64,000 nucleotides of DNA from Vicinamibacteria bacterium (GTDB taxonomy: Bacteria; Acidobacteriota; Vicinamibacteria; Marinacidobacterales; Marinacidobacteraceae). Position 1 is the first letter of the stretch; each line of letters starts with the position of its first letter. This document shows, in pieces, positions 18,941-30,397 of the stretch. The stretch is taken from contig OZ241322.1 of NCBI GenBank assembly GCA_965199715.1, forward strand, positions 224,001-288,000, given 5' to 3'. A program made the position numbers and the translations under genes. Under the pieces are notes generated by a model, which saw nothing but the letters and a program-made list of their open reading frames with translations, was not told the DNA's origin and did not search any database.

Positions 18941-19422
18941 GCTCGCATTCGATCCGCCTCGCCATCAACGGCGAGGAGGTGGAGCGGGAGGTCGAGTCGC
19001 GCCTCCTGCTGGTCCACCTCATCCGGGAGGAGCTGAACCTCACCGGGACCCACATCGGCTGCGACACGACCTCGTGCGGCGCCTGCACGGTGCTGCTCGA
19101 CGGGACTCCGGTGAAGAGTTGCACCGTGTTCGCGGCGGCCGCGTCGGGCAAGTCCATCACGACCGTGGAGGGCCTCGGCGACGCCGCCGAGCTGGATCCG
19201 GTCCAGCAGGGGTTCACCGAGAAGCACGGCCTCCAGTGCGGGTTCTGCACTCCGGGGATGATGCTGACCTCGAAGGCGCTCCTCGAGCGCAACCCGGATC
19301 CCTCCGAGCAGGAGATCCGCTGGGGCGTCTCGGGCAACCTCTGCCGGTGCACCGGCTACGTGAACATCGTGAAGGCGGTGGAGCGGGCGGCCGAACTCAT
19401 GAAGGAGAAGAGCGATGGCTGA
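18937..19422 (+). CDS. coxS: aerobic CO dehydrogenase small (2Fe-2S) subunit
   Basis: [28 protein letters not shown]. Confidence 0.93.
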   Translation: MSSHSIRLAINGEEVEREVESRLLLVHLIREELNLTGTHIGCDTTSCGACTVLLDGTPVKSCTVFAAAASGKSITTVEGLGDAAELDPVQQGFTEKHGLQCGFCTPGMMLTSKALLERNPDPSEQEIRWGVSGNLCRCTGYVNIVKAVERAAELMKEKSDG

Positions 19423-21760
19423 GTGCAGGGGACTCGGACACTCCGTCCAGCGGAAAGAGGACGCCCGGTTCATCCGGGGGAAGGGCCAGTACGTCGATGA
19501 CGTGAAGCTGCCGGGGATGCTCTACCTCGACATCGCGCGCAGTCCGTACGCCCACGCGAAGATCGCGAAGATCCACGAGGACGCCGCGATGGCCGTCGAA
19601 GGCGTCGCCGCGGTCATCACCGGCAAGACGCTCGAGGGCTTCAAGCTGGCGTGGATGCCCACGCTGATGAGCGACCAGCAGATGGTGCTGCCGGTGGACA
19701 CGGTGAAGTACCAGGCGCAGGAGGTCGCGGCCGTGGTCGCCACCTCGCGCTACGCGGCGGCCGACGGCGTGGCGGCGCTGGAGGTGGACTACGACCCGCT
19801 TCCGGTCGTGGTCGATCCGCACGAGGCGCTCAAGCCGGACTCCCCGAAGGTGCGGGACGACAAGGACAGCAACCACATCTTCCACTGGGAGAGCGGGGAC
19901 GGCGAGGCGACGGACAAGGCGCTCGCCGGCTGCGACACGGTGGTCGAGCAGAAGATGCACATCCCGCGGATCCACGTGGCGTCCATCGAGACCTGCGGCT
20001 GCGTCGCGAAGTGGGATCCGGTCGAGGGCCACCTGACCCTGTGGCTGACGACGCAGGCGCCGCACGCGATCCGCACCGTGGTCGCGCTGGTGACCGCGCA
20101 CCTCGGCCTCGCCGAGCACAAGATCCGGGTCATCTCGCCGGACATCGGCGGCGGGTTCGGGGGCAAGGTGCCGGTCTATCCCGGCTACGTGCTCGCGACC
20201 GCCGCGTCGGTCGTCACCGGGAAGCCGGTGAAGTGGGTGGAGGACCGCTCGGAGAACCTCCAGGCGGACTCGTTCGCCCGCGACTACCACATCGCCGCCA
20301 CGCTCGGGTCGAAGGACGGCAAGGTGACCGCGCTGAAGCTGGACACCGTCGCGGACCACGGCTACTCGGACGCCGCCGCGAACCCGTCCAAGTTCCCGGC
20401 GGGGCTTTACCACATCGCCACCGGCTCCTACGACATGGAAAGCGCCCACATCACCGTCGATGGCGCCTACACGAACAAACCGCCGGGCGGGATCGCCTAC
20501 CGTTGCTCGTTCCGGGTGACCGAGGCGGTGCACGCGATCGAGCGGATGGTGGATCTCCTGGCCCGCGAGAACGGCGAGGACCCGGCCGACTTCCGGATGC
20601 GGAACTTCATCCGTCCGGAGCAGTTCCCGTACACTTCGGCGCTCGGCTGGGAGTACGACAGCGGGGACTACGGGGCGGCGCTGCGCAAGGCCATGGACAT
20701 GATCGGCTACGAGGACCTCCGCGCCGAGCAGGCCGAAAAGCGCGCGAAGGGCGAGCTCATGGGGATCGGCATCTCGTCGTTCACCGAGATCGTCGGCGCC
20801 GGGCCGTCCAAGACCTTCGACATCCTCGGGATCAAGATGTTCGACTCGAGCGAGATCCGGATCCATCCCACCGGGAAGGCCATCGCCCGCTTCGGCACCA
20901 AGTCCCAGGGGCAGGGACACGAGACCACCTACGCGCAGATCATCGCGGAGGAGCTCGGCATCCCGCCCGAGGACATCCAGGTCGAGGAGGGCGACACCGA
21001 CACCGCTCCCTACGGACTCGGGACCTACGCGAGCCGCTCGACCCCGACCGCCGGGGCCGCCGCGTCCATCGCGGCGCGGAAGATCCGGGACAAGGCGAAG
21101 AAGATCGCCGCGCACCTGCTCGAGGCGGATGAGGCCGATCTCGAATGGGAGCGGGGGAAGTTCTTCGTGAAGGGGTCGCCCGACCGGGCCAAGACCATCC
21201 AGGACGTCGCCTTCGCCGCGTACACGAACCACCCGCCGGGCATGGAGGCCGGCCTCGAGGCGATCTCCTACTACGACCCGCCGAACCTGACCTACCCGTT
21301 CGGCTCGTACATCTGCTGCGTGGACATCGACCGGGGCACCGGGCAGGTGCGGATCCGGCGGTTCGTCGCGGTCGATGACTGCGGCGTGCGGATCAACCCG
21401 ATGATCGTGGACGGCCAGATCCACGGCGGCCTCACGATGGGCATGGCGCCGGCGCTGCTGGAGGAGATCTCCTACGACTCCGAAGGCAACATCACCGGCG
21501 GCAACTTCGTCGAGTACCTCGTGCCCACCGCGATGGAGACGCCGAGCTGGGAGCTGGGCGAGACGGTGACCCCGTCGCCGCACCACCCGATCGGGGCCAA
21601 GGGCGTGGGCGAGTCGGCCACGGTCGGCGCGCCGCCCGCCATCGTGAACGCGGTGGTGGACGCGCTGTGGCACCTCGGCGTGCGCCACGTGGAGATTCCG
21701 ATGACGCCGTCGCGCATCTGGGGCGTCCTCAACGAGAAGGGAGCGGCGCTCGGGCGCTGA
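19415..21760 (+). CDS. coxL: form I aerobic CO dehydrogenase large (Mo-Cu) subunit
   Basis: Diagnostic active-site loop AYRCSFR; GGGFGGK; MSL gene order. Confidence 0.95.
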   Translation: MAECRGLGHSVQRKEDARFIRGKGQYVDDVKLPGMLYLDIARSPYAHAKIAKIHEDAAMAVEGVAAVITGKTLEGFKLAWMPTLMSDQQMVLPVDTVKYQAQEVAAVVATSRYAAADGVAALEVDYDPLPVVVDPHEALKPDSPKVRDDKDSNHIFHWESGDGEATDKALAGCDTVVEQKMHIPRIHVASIETCGCVAKWDPVEGHLTLWLTTQAPHAIRTVVALVTAHLGLAEHKIRVISPDIGGGFGGKVPVYPGYVLATAASVVTGKPVKWVEDRSENLQADSFARDYHIAATLGSKDGKVTALKLDTVADHGYSDAAANPSKFPAGLYHIATGSYDMESAHITVDGAYTNKPPGGIAYRCSFRVTEAVHAIERMVDLLARENGEDPADFRMRNFIRPEQFPYTSALGWEYDSGDYGAALRKAMDMIGYEDLRAEQAEKRAKGELMGIGISSFTEIVGAGPSKTFDILGIKMFDSSEIRIHPTGKAIARFGTKSQGQGHETTYAQIIAEELGIPPEDIQVEEGDTDTAPYGLGTYASRSTPTAGAAASIAARKIRDKAKKIAAHLLEADEADLEWERGKFFVKGSPDRAKTIQDVAFAAYTNHPPGMEAGLEAISYYDPPNLTYPFGSYICCVDIDRGTGQVRIRRFVAVDDCGVRINPMIVDGQIHGGLTMGMAPALLEEISYDSEGNITGGNFVEYLVPTAMETPSWELGETVTPSPHHPIGAKGVGESATVGAPPAIVNAVVDALWHLGVRHVEIPMTPSRIWGVLNEKGAALGR

Positions 21761-21768
21761 CGGAGACG

Positions 21769-22656
21769 GTGACCGGCGGTCCCCCGGACGTCCTCGCCGC
21801 CGCCGTGCAGCTTCAGCGCGACGGGACCCCTTTCGTCCTCGCGACCGTCGTCCGGGCCGAACGCCCGACCTCGGCGCGCCCCGGCGCGAAGGCGATCGTG
21901 CTTTCGGACGGGAGCGCGAGCGGGTTCGTGGGCGGGTCGTGCGTGCGTCCGGCGGTGCGGCGGGAGTCGCTGCTGGCGCTCGCCGACGGTCGGCCCCGCC
22001 TGCTGCGGATTTCTCCGGACGCCTCGAACCATGGTCCCCAGGAGGGCGTTAGAGAGGAGCGCATGGCTTGCCTGAGCGGGGGCGCGATCGACATCCATCT
22101 CGAGCCGTACCTGCCGTCGCGTCGGCTCGTGGTCTCGGGCGTCTCGCCGGTCGTGGAGGCGCTCAGGGCGCTCGGCGGCGCGCTCGGGATGAAGGTCGAT
22201 GGGGACGGGGAGGTCGAAAGAGAGGTCGAGGGGGCCTTCGTGGTCGTCGCCGGGCACGGCGAGGGCGAGGAGGAAATCCTCGAGGCGGCGCTTTCGGACG
22301 AACGCGCCGCGTGGGTCGGGCTCGTCGCGAGCCCCCGCCGGGCGGCGGGCGTGCGCGAGGCGCTGCGGGCGCGGGGCCTTTCCGAGGCGGAGGTCGAGCG
22401 GCTGCGGTCGCCGGCCGGCCTCGACATCGGGGCCGAGACTCCCGGCGAGATCGCTCTCAGCATCCTCGCCCAGATCGTCGAAGACCGGGAGCGCCCGGCT
22501 CCGCCGGTCTCCGACGACGCCGTCGATCCCGTGTGCGGGATGACGGTCTCGCGGGACTCCCCGCACTGCGCCGAGCGCGACGGGGAGACTTTCTGGTTCT
22601 GTTGCCACGGCTGCGCCGCCGCGTTCGAGGCGCGGGAGGCCGAAACCACGACCTAG
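21769..22656 (+). CDS. XdhC/CoxF-type maturation factor with C-terminal YHS domain
   Basis: GFVGGSCV, ACLSGG, SPAGLDIGAETPGEIALSILAQI; DPVCGMTV...FWFCCHGC. Confidence 0.85.
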   Translation: MTGGPPDVLAAAVQLQRDGTPFVLATVVRAERPTSARPGAKAIVLSDGSASGFVGGSCVRPAVRRESLLALADGRPRLLRISPDASNHGPQEGVREERMACLSGGAIDIHLEPYLPSRRLVVSGVSPVVEALRALGGALGMKVDGDGEVEREVEGAFVVVAGHGEGEEEILEAALSDERAAWVGLVASPRRAAGVREALRARGLSEAEVERLRSPAGLDIGAETPGEIALSILAQIVEDRERPAPPVSDDAVDPVCGMTVSRDSPHCAERDGETFWFCCHGCAAAFEAREAETTT

Positions 22657-22682
22657 ACGCCGGCTCCTCCAAGAAGTGCTTC

Positions 22683-23409
22683 ATGTTCTTGCGATTCCTC
22701 ACCCGGCGGCCGTTCGCGCCGCTGGCGCTCATGACGGGGGCGCTGCTCGCCGCTCCCGGGACTGAAGCCGAGTTCGCCCGCTCCAGTCTGGCCGGCTCCG
22801 TGAACGACGGCGCCGGGCTGGCGCTTCCGCGGGTGACCGTCACCGTCACCAACGCCGATCCGGCGGCGAGTTCCCGGCTGGCGGAGGGGCAGGAGGCGCT
22901 GCGCGACGGGGACTGGGCGGCGGCGGTCGCAGCGTTCCGCGCCGAGGCCGCAGAGCGTCCTCAGAGCTCGGAGACGCACCGGCTGCTCGGCTCGGCGCTG
23001 CGCCTCGGCGGCGGGACCGACGAGGCCCGGGAGCCGCTGGAGCGGGCCGTCGCGCTGGATCCCGAGAACGCGCTGGCCTGGACGGCGCTCGGCGACCTCG
23101 AGGCCGAGCTCGGGAACTGGGAGGCTGCGGCGACCGCGCTCGAGACTGCGCTCGGCTTGGCGCCGGGCGACCGCGACCTGCGGTTCCGGCAGGGGGCGCG
23201 CTCATGAACGCCGGGGAGATGCACCGGGCCGCAAGAGCCCTCGCCGAGCTCCCGGACGACCCCGGGCGCAGCACCAGTTGGGCATGATCGCGCTGAACCG
23301 GGGGCGCAACGAGGACGCGATCGCGCATCTGGAGCGGGTGCTGGAGCTGGATCCCGAGGGGCCCAACGCGGAGCGGGCGCGGGGGATGCTCGCGGCGCTC
23401 CGCCGATAG
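22683..23409 (+). pseudogene. secreted TPR protein, frameshifted near 23195 and 23265
   Basis: Signal peptide, GSVNDGAGLALPRVTVTV stub, TPR repeats; TPR text resumes in other frames (HQLGMIALNRGRNEDAIAHLERVLELDP) to TAG 23409. Confidence 0.6.
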
Positions 23410-23421
23410 AATCGGCCGCCT

Positions 23422-23862
23422 ATGGAATTCAGCGGAACCGAGATCGTTGCGGCGCCCAGGGAGCGGGTCTGGGAGTTCGTCTCGGACGCCGAGTCCGTGG
23501 CGTCCTGCCTCCAGGGAGTCGAGTCCTTCCGGGTGGTCGAGCCCGGTCGGCGCTTCGAGGTCGTCGGCGGGGTCCGGCTCGGCACGGTCGCGCTCCGGTC
23601 CAAGAACATGCTCGAGTGGACCGAGCGGATCGACGGAGATCTCGCGAAGCTGAAGATTCGGGGGCGCGGACCCGGCACCAGCATCGACGGCGTCGCCGAG
23701 ATGCGCCTGCGGGAGGTTCCCGAGGGCACCGCGCTCGACTGGAAGGGGACCGTGCAGGTCCGGGGAACCGTCGCGGCGCTGGCGTCGCGGCTGATGCGCC
23801 CGGTGAGCGAACGCATCCTGCGCGACATGTTCGCCAAGATGAAGAACAACATCGAGGACTGA
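23422..23862 (+). CDS. coxG: CoxG/SRPBCC family protein
   Basis: MEFSGTEIVAAPRERVWEFVSD...CLQG, VRGTVAALASRLM; located in the cox cluster. Confidence 0.82.
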   Translation: MEFSGTEIVAAPRERVWEFVSDAESVASCLQGVESFRVVEPGRRFEVVGGVRLGTVALRSKNMLEWTERIDGDLAKLKIRGRGPGTSIDGVAEMRLREVPEGTALDWKGTVQVRGTVAALASRLMRPVSERILRDMFAKMKNNIED

Positions 23863-23863
23863 C

Positions 23864-25030
23864 ATGAGATTTCTGGCGCTCGTCCTTCTCCTCCTGTCCG
23901 GTGGCCTCGCCGCAGCGCAGGAGCCGTACTTTCCCGAGCGGCACGAGTGGCTGACGCGGAGCCCCGCCGAGGCCGGCATGGACGACGCGACGCTCCAGTC
24001 CGCCGTCGCGATGGCGGTGGCGGCGGAATCGGACGCGCCCCGCGATCTCGCGCTGGCCCACGAGCTCACGTTCGGACGCGAGCCGCACGGCAGCCGGGTG
24101 GGCCCGACCACGGTCCGCGGCGACCTGAGCGGCCTCGTGATCAGGGACGGGTACATCGTGGCCGAGTGGGGGCCGACGACGAAGGTGGACATGACCTTCA
24201 GCGTCTCGAAGACCTTTCTCTCGACTACGGTGGGCCTGCTCTGGGACGCGGGGTTGATCGACTCGGTCGAGGACCGCGTCGGGCCGTACATGCCGGACGA
24301 CGAGCTGTTCGGCGGCGCGCACAACGGGTCCATCACCTGGGATCACTTGCTGCGGCAGACGAGCGACTGGTCGGGAACGCTGTGGGGGAAACCGGACTGG
24401 GCGGATCGCCCGGTCGGCGACCACCCGTTCGAGTATCCGGACCGGCAGATGCACGAGCCGGGGACGTTCTACAAGTACAACGACGTGCGGGTGAACCTGC
24501 TCGCGCTGGCGGCGCTACACGTCGCGCGCGATCCACTGCCGGTGATGCTGCGGAAGGCGGTCATGGAGCCCATCGGGGCGTCGAGCACGTGGCGGTGGCA
24601 CGGCTACGAGAACTCGTGGGTGATGATCGACGGGCGCGACGTCCAGTCGGTGAGCGGCGGCGGCCACTGGGGCGGGGGCATGCACATCAGCGCCCGCGAC
24701 CTCGCTCGCTTCGGCTACCTCTTCCTGCGGATGGGGAACTGGAAGGGCGAGCAGCTCATCTCCGAGGAGTGGATCGCGATGGCGCGGACTCCGGGCGACG
24801 TGAACCCGAGCTACGGCTACATGAACTGGTTCCTGAACGGGCCGGTCGAGCGCGACGGCGAGATGGTCAAGTCGATCCCCGCCGCGCCGGACACCGCGGT
24901 CACGTTCCGGGGGGCCGGCAGCAACATCGTGTACGTGGACTGGGAACACGACCTCGTCGTCGTCGTGCGCTGGATCCAGGGGGGCGGCCTGAACCCGTTC
25001 CTCGCCGAGGTGCTGGCGTCGCTCGACTGA
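23864..25030 (+). CDS. secreted serine hydrolase (class C beta-lactamase-like)
   Basis: Signal peptide; FSVSK (SxxK), YKYND, ISARDLARFG. Confidence 0.88.
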   Translation: MRFLALVLLLLSGGLAAAQEPYFPERHEWLTRSPAEAGMDDATLQSAVAMAVAAESDAPRDLALAHELTFGREPHGSRVGPTTVRGDLSGLVIRDGYIVAEWGPTTKVDMTFSVSKTFLSTTVGLLWDAGLIDSVEDRVGPYMPDDELFGGAHNGSITWDHLLRQTSDWSGTLWGKPDWADRPVGDHPFEYPDRQMHEPGTFYKYNDVRVNLLALAALHVARDPLPVMLRKAVMEPIGASSTWRWHGYENSWVMIDGRDVQSVSGGGHWGGGMHISARDLARFGYLFLRMGNWKGEQLISEEWIAMARTPGDVNPSYGYMNWFLNGPVERDGEMVKSIPAAPDTAVTFRGAGSNIVYVDWEHDLVVVVRWIQGGGLNPFLAEVLASLD

Positions 25031-25648
25031 GAACCCGGGACCGCTCGACCGCGGTCGTCTTCCGTCGGACCCGGGACCGCTTCGGCGGCCTTTCGAACAT
25101 GGCGGCGAGTTCTCGCTGCGCGTCGGCGGCGTGGGCGTGCGCACCGCGGAGGCGCGGCGCCAGGGCGGCCGGTTCCCCGACCATCCGGAGATTCAGCGGC
25201 TCATCGTCGAGCAGCGAAGCCCGATGGCGGCGAAGCGGGTCGTCGAGCCGCATCGGGAGAAGACCCGAGCCGACTGGAGCCGGGTGCGGGTCGCGATCAT
25301 GCGCTGGCGCCTGCGGGTGAAGCTGGCGCAGCGCCGGGACCGTTCGGGGCGCTGCTGCGGGCGACGGGGGATCGCCCCATCGTGGAGGAGTCGCGCCGGG
25401 ACGCCTTCTGGGGAGCGCGGCCGTCCGGCGCCGGAACGCTCGTGGGCGAAAACGTCCTCGGCCGCCTCCTGATGGAGCTGCGGGAAGCGCCGGAGGCGGG
25501 GGACGTCCCGCCGCCCGCCGTCGAGCGATTCCTGCTTTCCGGACGGCCCGTCGGGAGCGCGCCCGCCGTCAGTCGATCCCGAGGACCGCCTTTGGCATAT
25601 GCATGCTCACCAGCATGTTCGGAACGTCCACGGTCTCCGAGATCTTGA
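25027..25648 (+). pseudogene. NADAR-domain protein (DarG1/YbiA-like), two frameshifts
   Basis: FGGLSNMA / RFPDHPEIQ..SPMAAK..DWSRVRVAIMRWRLRVKLAQ / IVEESRRDAFWGA..GENVLGRLLMELRE spread over three frames. Confidence 0.8.
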
Positions 25649-26564
25649 GGTCGCCGGCGAGCGAGCAGAGCACGTAGGCCTCCTCCGGCGTGAGGCCGTG
25701 CTCGGCCGTGAGGTACGCGATCATGTGGCGCGTGGCCTTCTTCGCGGCCTCGTCGATCGTGGGCGCGAAGCCGGTGACCGCGTAGTACTCGTCGGTCTCG
25801 TACTCGGCCTCGCGGACACCGCGCGGGTTGGGCAGGACCTCGAACTCGAGCACGAGCCGCATGGGGGCCTCGACGGCGCTGCCGGACACCTCGCCGTCGC
25901 CCTGCACCGCGTGCGTGTCGCCCACCGAGAAGTTCGCGCCCGGCACCTGGACCGGCAGATAGACCGTCGCTCCGGGCCGCATGTACCGGTTGTCGAGGTT
26001 GCCGCCGTTCTCGCGGGGCGGAATGGTCACGAGCATCTCGTCGGTGGCCGGGGCCACGCCGAGCACGCCGGGAAACGGGTCGAGCGGGATGACGATCTCG
26101 TCGTTGAAACGGACGCTCGTCGCTCCCGGCGCCATGTCGAAGCTGCGGAACCACGGCTCGGTGAACTCGTCGGCGAGGAATCCGAAGCCGGGGAAGATGC
26201 CGGCCCAGCCGGGCCCCAGGACCTCGGCCTCGTGGATCGTGACCGCGAGCAAGTCGCCCGGCTCGGCGCCCTCCACCGCGATCGGCCCGGTAAGCGCATG
26301 GATCAGGCCGAAGTCCACGCTCGCGAGGTCGGCCGCCGTGGTCGCCGGCGTGATCTGGCCGTCGGACGCTTCCTTCGTGAACACCTCGACGACCGCGCCC
26401 GACGGGACGGCGAGCACCGGTGGGATCGTCGCGCTCCAGCGGTTGTGGGTGTTCTCGGCCGCGAGCGTGAACCCGGGGACCGGCCCGGCCGGTTCGGGCT
26501 CCGGGGGAGGCGGCGGAGCGCCGCAGGCGAGAGCGAGAAGGGCGAGGGGGAGGAGCGAGCGCAT
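25569..26564 (-). CDS. acetamidase/formamidase family protein, lipoprotein
   Basis: ATG 26564, LALAC lipobox; HALTGPI, PPRENGGNLD, GDTHAVQGDGEV. Confidence 0.9.
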   Translation of the reverse strand: MRSLLPLALLALACGAPPPPPEPEPAGPVPGFTLAAENTHNRWSATIPPVLAVPSGAVVEVFTKEASDGQITPATTAADLASVDFGLIHALTGPIAVEGAEPGDLLAVTIHEAEVLGPGWAGIFPGFGFLADEFTEPWFRSFDMAPGATSVRFNDEIVIPLDPFPGVLGVAPATDEMLVTIPPRENGGNLDNRYMRPGATVYLPVQVPGANFSVGDTHAVQGDGEVSGSAVEAPMRLVLEFEVLPNPRGVREAEYETDEYYAVTGFAPTIDEAAKKATRHMIAYLTAEHGLTPEEAYVLCSLAGDLKISETVDVPNMLVSMHMPKAVLGID

Positions 26565-26572
26565 CCCCCGGA

Positions 26573-27523
26573 TTATTCGGGATCGCTCGACGCGGGTGCG
26601 GCGTAGTAGCCCTTGCGGGTGCGCGCCGTCAGGTCGTCGCGTCCCGGAATCCGCACCTCGATGGAGCGCCAGCCGCCCTCCTCCCGGTCGCGCGACGGCA
26701 GGTAGGCGATCTGGTACTGGCGGTGGAGCTCGTGCTGGATCTGCCGGAAGTAGCGGGAGAGATCCTCGATCTCCTCCGGGTAGAACGAGCGCCCGCCGCT
26801 CTGGTCGGCGACCGAGTCGAGGAAGCCCCGGTTGAGCTTGCCGCCGCCGTCCGGGCTCCATCCGGTGTAGCCGACGGCGTAGATCGCGCCCTCGGAGAGC
26901 CGCGCTCCCTCGAGCGCCTGCTCCATCGTGCTCACGCTGCCCTCGGCGGCTTGGCCCGAGTCCTCGCCGTCGGAGACGAGGATGAGCGCCTTTCGGGTCT
27001 CGACCCGGCTGAGCTCCTGGAGCCCGGTGAGGATCGCGTCGTAGAGCGCCGTCTTGCCGAACGGGCGCATCGCCCGGATCATGGCCACCTGGTTCCAGAC
27101 CTCGGAGTCGTAGGGCGGGCCGAACCGCACGCCCTCGGCGAAGGTCGCGACCCGGCCCCGGTCGCCGGTCGCCATGTTGCGCAGGAAGATGTAGGCGGCG
27201 GTCTGGATCGCCGAAAGGCTCGAGCGCACCGAGGCCGAGGTGTCCAGCAGGAGCAGGCTGGTCACCGGCGTGAGCTCGGCGGTGAAGTAGCTGATCTCCT
27301 GCGGCGCGCCGTCCTCGAGAATCTCGAAGTCGGCGGCGTCGAGCCCGGTGACGAAGCGCCCGCGCTCGTCCTCGACCACGATGTCGAGCGTGACGCTCGG
27401 GACCCGCACGACGAAGCTGAAGCGATCGCCGATCCCGGTCTCGAACTCCCGGGGCGGGGGCTGCTGCGCGGCCCCGAGCGAAGCGAGCCCCGTGAGGACC
27501 GACGCGAGAACCAGGGGGCGCAC
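26573..27523 (-). CDS. secreted VWA-domain protein (acidobacterial VWFA-related)
   Basis: [47 protein letters not shown]. Confidence 0.88.
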   Translation of the reverse strand: MRPLVLASVLTGLASLGAAQQPPPREFETGIGDRFSFVVRVPSVTLDIVVEDERGRFVTGLDAADFEILEDGAPQEISYFTAELTPVTSLLLLDTSASVRSSLSAIQTAAYIFLRNMATGDRGRVATFAEGVRFGPPYDSEVWNQVAMIRAMRPFGKTALYDAILTGLQELSRVETRKALILVSDGEDSGQAAEGSVSTMEQALEGARLSEGAIYAVGYTGWSPDGGGKLNRGFLDSVADQSGGRSFYPEEIEDLSRYFRQIQHELHRQYQIAYLPSRDREEGGWRSIEVRIPGRDDLTARTRKGYYAAPASSDPE

Positions 27524-27570
27524 GCCGCCAGTTTAGGGCGTACACTCCGAACGTCGCGGAGGTTCCGGTC

Positions 27571-28035
27571 ATGAACGTGCGCATCACTGTCAACGGCGAG
27601 GTTCGGGAGCGGGAGGTGGAGCCGCGCCTCCTGCTCTGCCATCTGCTGCGGGACGAGCTCGGTCTCACCGGGACCAACATCGGCTGCGACACGACCCAGT
27701 GCGGGTCATGCACCGTCCTCATGAACGGCGAGGCGGTGAAGTCGTGCACCGTGCTCGCGGCGCAGGCGGACGAGGCCGAGGTCACGACCATCGAGGGCCT
27801 CGCGCCCGAAGGCGGCCTCCACCCGGTCCAGCAGGCGTTTTGGGACCACCACGGCCTGCAGTGCGGCTTCTGCACGCCGGGGATGATCCTGACCGCGGTC
27901 GAAATCCTGAAGCGGAAGCCGAACGCTTCCGACGGCGAGATCCGCCACGGACTCGAAGGCAACATCTGCCGCTGCACCGGCTACGAGAACATCGTCAAGG
28001 CGATCGTGGCCGCGGGCGCCCGCAACGGGAGCTGA
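27571..28035 (+). CDS. Mo-hydroxylase 2Fe-2S subunit (form II cox-like S)
   Basis: [28 protein letters not shown]; GGAGG RBS. Confidence 0.92.
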   Translation: MNVRITVNGEVREREVEPRLLLCHLLRDELGLTGTNIGCDTTQCGSCTVLMNGEAVKSCTVLAAQADEAEVTTIEGLAPEGGLHPVQQAFWDHHGLQCGFCTPGMILTAVEILKRKPNASDGEIRHGLEGNICRCTGYENIVKAIVAAGARNGS

Positions 28036-28045
28036 GGGACAGGTC

Positions 28046-30385
28046 ATGGGTCGCTACATCGGCAAGTCGGTCAAGCGGGTCGAGGATCCGCGCTTCATCC
28101 AGGGGAAGGGCCGCTACGTGGCCAACCTCGAGCTTCCCGGCTGCGCGCACGTCGCGGTCAAGCGGAGTCCGTACGCCCACGCGAGGGTGCTCGGAATCGA
28201 CGCCTCGAAGGCGCTCGCCATGCCCGGCGTGATCCGGGTGTTCACCGGACGGGACTTCGCGGACGGCGGCTGCGGCGAGCTTCCCTGCGGCTGGGTGGTC
28301 CCGGACACGCAGGTTCCGCCGAGGCCCATCGTGGTCACCGACCGGGTCCGCCACGTCGGGGACTCGGTGGCCGTCGTGGTCGCCGAGGATCCATACGTCG
28401 CCGCCGACGCGCTCGAGGCCGTCGAGGTCGAGTACGAGGCGCTCCCTGCGACCGTGGACGCGCGGGCGACGACCGAGCCGGGCGCGCCGCGAGTCCACGA
28501 CGGGATCGAGGACAACGTCTCCTACCGCTGGGAGCTCGGCGACCGGGACGGCTGCGACGCCGCGCTCGACGGGGCCGACCACGTGATCGAGCTGGAGCTC
28601 GTGAACCAGCGGCTCGTTCCGACCGCGATGGAGCCGCGCGCCTGCGCTGCCCGCTGGGACGCGGCGTCGGAGGAGATGACGGTCTGGACGACGAGCCAGA
28701 ACCCGCATCCGATCCGTCTCCTGCTGTCGGCGTTCACGCTCGGGATCCCCGAGAGCCGGCTGCGGGTGATCTCGCCCGACGTGGGCGGGGGCTTCGGGAG
28801 CAAGATCTTCCACTACCCCGAAGAAGTCATCGTCCCGTGGGTCTCCCGCGAGATCGGGCGCCCGGCCAAGTGGGTCGCGACGCGCACCGAGAGCCAGATG
28901 ACGGACTCGCACGGGCGCGACCACGTGACTTCGGCGCGGCTCGCCATGACCGCCGAGGGCGACTTCACCGCGCTCAAGGTCCACACCTGGGCGAACCAGG
29001 GCGCGTACCTCTCGACCTTCGCGCCGCTCATCCCGACGGCGCTGTACATCACGCTGCTTTCCGGCAACTACCGGATCCCCGCCGTGTTCGGCTCGATGGA
29101 GGGAACTCTCACGAACACGACCCCGGTGGACGCCTACCGCGGGGCCGGGCGGCCCGAGGCCTCGTACCTCGTGGAGCGCCTCGTGGACATGGCGGCGGCC
29201 CGGATCGGAGTGGATCCGCTCGAGATCCGCCGTCGGAACGTGATCCCGAAGGACGCCTTCCCCTACCAGACGCCGGTCGCGTTCCAGTACGACAGCGGCG
29301 ATTACCAGCGCCTGCTGGACAAGGCGGTCGAGTCGGCGGACTACGCGCGGATGCGGCGCGACCAGGCCGAGGCGAGGTCCGAGGGCCGGATTCGGGGCGT
29401 CGGGCTCGCGCTTTGCATCGAGGCCAGCGGCCCGGCGCCGTCGGCCGTCGCCGGTTCGCTCGGGTCGGCCGTCGGGTTCTGGGAGAGCGGCGAGGTTCGG
29501 GTGCACCCGACCGGCCAGGTCTCGGTGTACACCGGTTCGCACGCCCACGGGCAGGGCCACGAGACCACGTTCGCGCAGGTCGTGGCCGACGAGCTCGGGA
29601 TTCCGCTCGACAGCGTCGAGGTCGTCCACGGCGACACCGGGCGGGTCAGCTTCGGCATGGGCACCTACGGCAGCCGCAGCGCCTGCGTCGGCGGCTCGGC
29701 GCTCGCGCGCAGCGCCCGGAAGGTGCGCGGCAAGGTGACGCGGATCGCCGCGCACCTGCTGGAGGCCGCCGAGGAGGACATGGAGTACGACCGGGAGACC
29801 GGCCGCATCCACGTCAAGGGGTCGCCCGAGCGCGGCAAGGACTTCGGCGAGCTCGCGTTCGCCGCCTACACCGCGCACAGCCTTCCCGAGGGCATGGAGC
29901 CGGGGCTCGATTTCACGAGCTTCTACGACCCGGCCAACTTCACCTTCCCGGCGAGCGCCCACATCTGCGAGGTGGAGGTCCGCCGCGAGACCGGCGAGGT
30001 CCGCATCCTCCGCTACGTGGCCGTGGACGACGTGGGCAAGGTCATCAACCCGATGATCGTCGAGGGCCAGATCCAGGGCGGGATCGTCCAGGGGATCGGG
30101 CAGGCGCTCACCGAGCACGGGGCCTACGACGCGGACGGGAACTTCGTCACCGGCAGCCTCATGGAGTACGCGGTCCCCCGCGCCGACGTTCTCCCGGGCA
30201 TCGAGGTGGACCGGATCGAGACCCCCTCGCCGCACAACCCCCTCGGCGTGAAGGGGGCCGGCGAGATGGGGACGATCGCCGGGACGGCGACCGTGGCGAA
30301 CGCGGTGGCCGACGCGCTCGGGGCGCGCGGACACATCGACATGCCCTTGACCCCCGAGAAGATCTGGCGCGCGCTCCAGTCCTGA
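28046..30385 (+). CDS. Mo-hydroxylase large subunit (form II cox-like L)
   Basis: AYRGAGRPEA motif, GGGFGSK, SLM gene order. Confidence 0.92.
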   Translation: MGRYIGKSVKRVEDPRFIQGKGRYVANLELPGCAHVAVKRSPYAHARVLGIDASKALAMPGVIRVFTGRDFADGGCGELPCGWVVPDTQVPPRPIVVTDRVRHVGDSVAVVVAEDPYVAADALEAVEVEYEALPATVDARATTEPGAPRVHDGIEDNVSYRWELGDRDGCDAALDGADHVIELELVNQRLVPTAMEPRACAARWDAASEEMTVWTTSQNPHPIRLLLSAFTLGIPESRLRVISPDVGGGFGSKIFHYPEEVIVPWVSREIGRPAKWVATRTESQMTDSHGRDHVTSARLAMTAEGDFTALKVHTWANQGAYLSTFAPLIPTALYITLLSGNYRIPAVFGSMEGTLTNTTPVDAYRGAGRPEASYLVERLVDMAAARIGVDPLEIRRRNVIPKDAFPYQTPVAFQYDSGDYQRLLDKAVESADYARMRRDQAEARSEGRIRGVGLALCIEASGPAPSAVAGSLGSAVGFWESGEVRVHPTGQVSVYTGSHAHGQGHETTFAQVVADELGIPLDSVEVVHGDTGRVSFGMGTYGSRSACVGGSALARSARKVRGKVTRIAAHLLEAAEEDMEYDRETGRIHVKGSPERGKDFGELAFAAYTAHSLPEGMEPGLDFTSFYDPANFTFPASAHICEVEVRRETGEVRILRYVAVDDVGKVINPMIVEGQIQGGIVQGIGQALTEHGAYDADGNFVTGSLMEYAVPRADVLPGIEVDRIETPSPHNPLGVKGAGEMGTIAGTATVANAVADALGARGHIDMPLTPEKIWRALQS

Positions 30386-30397
30386 GAGGAGACTCCC

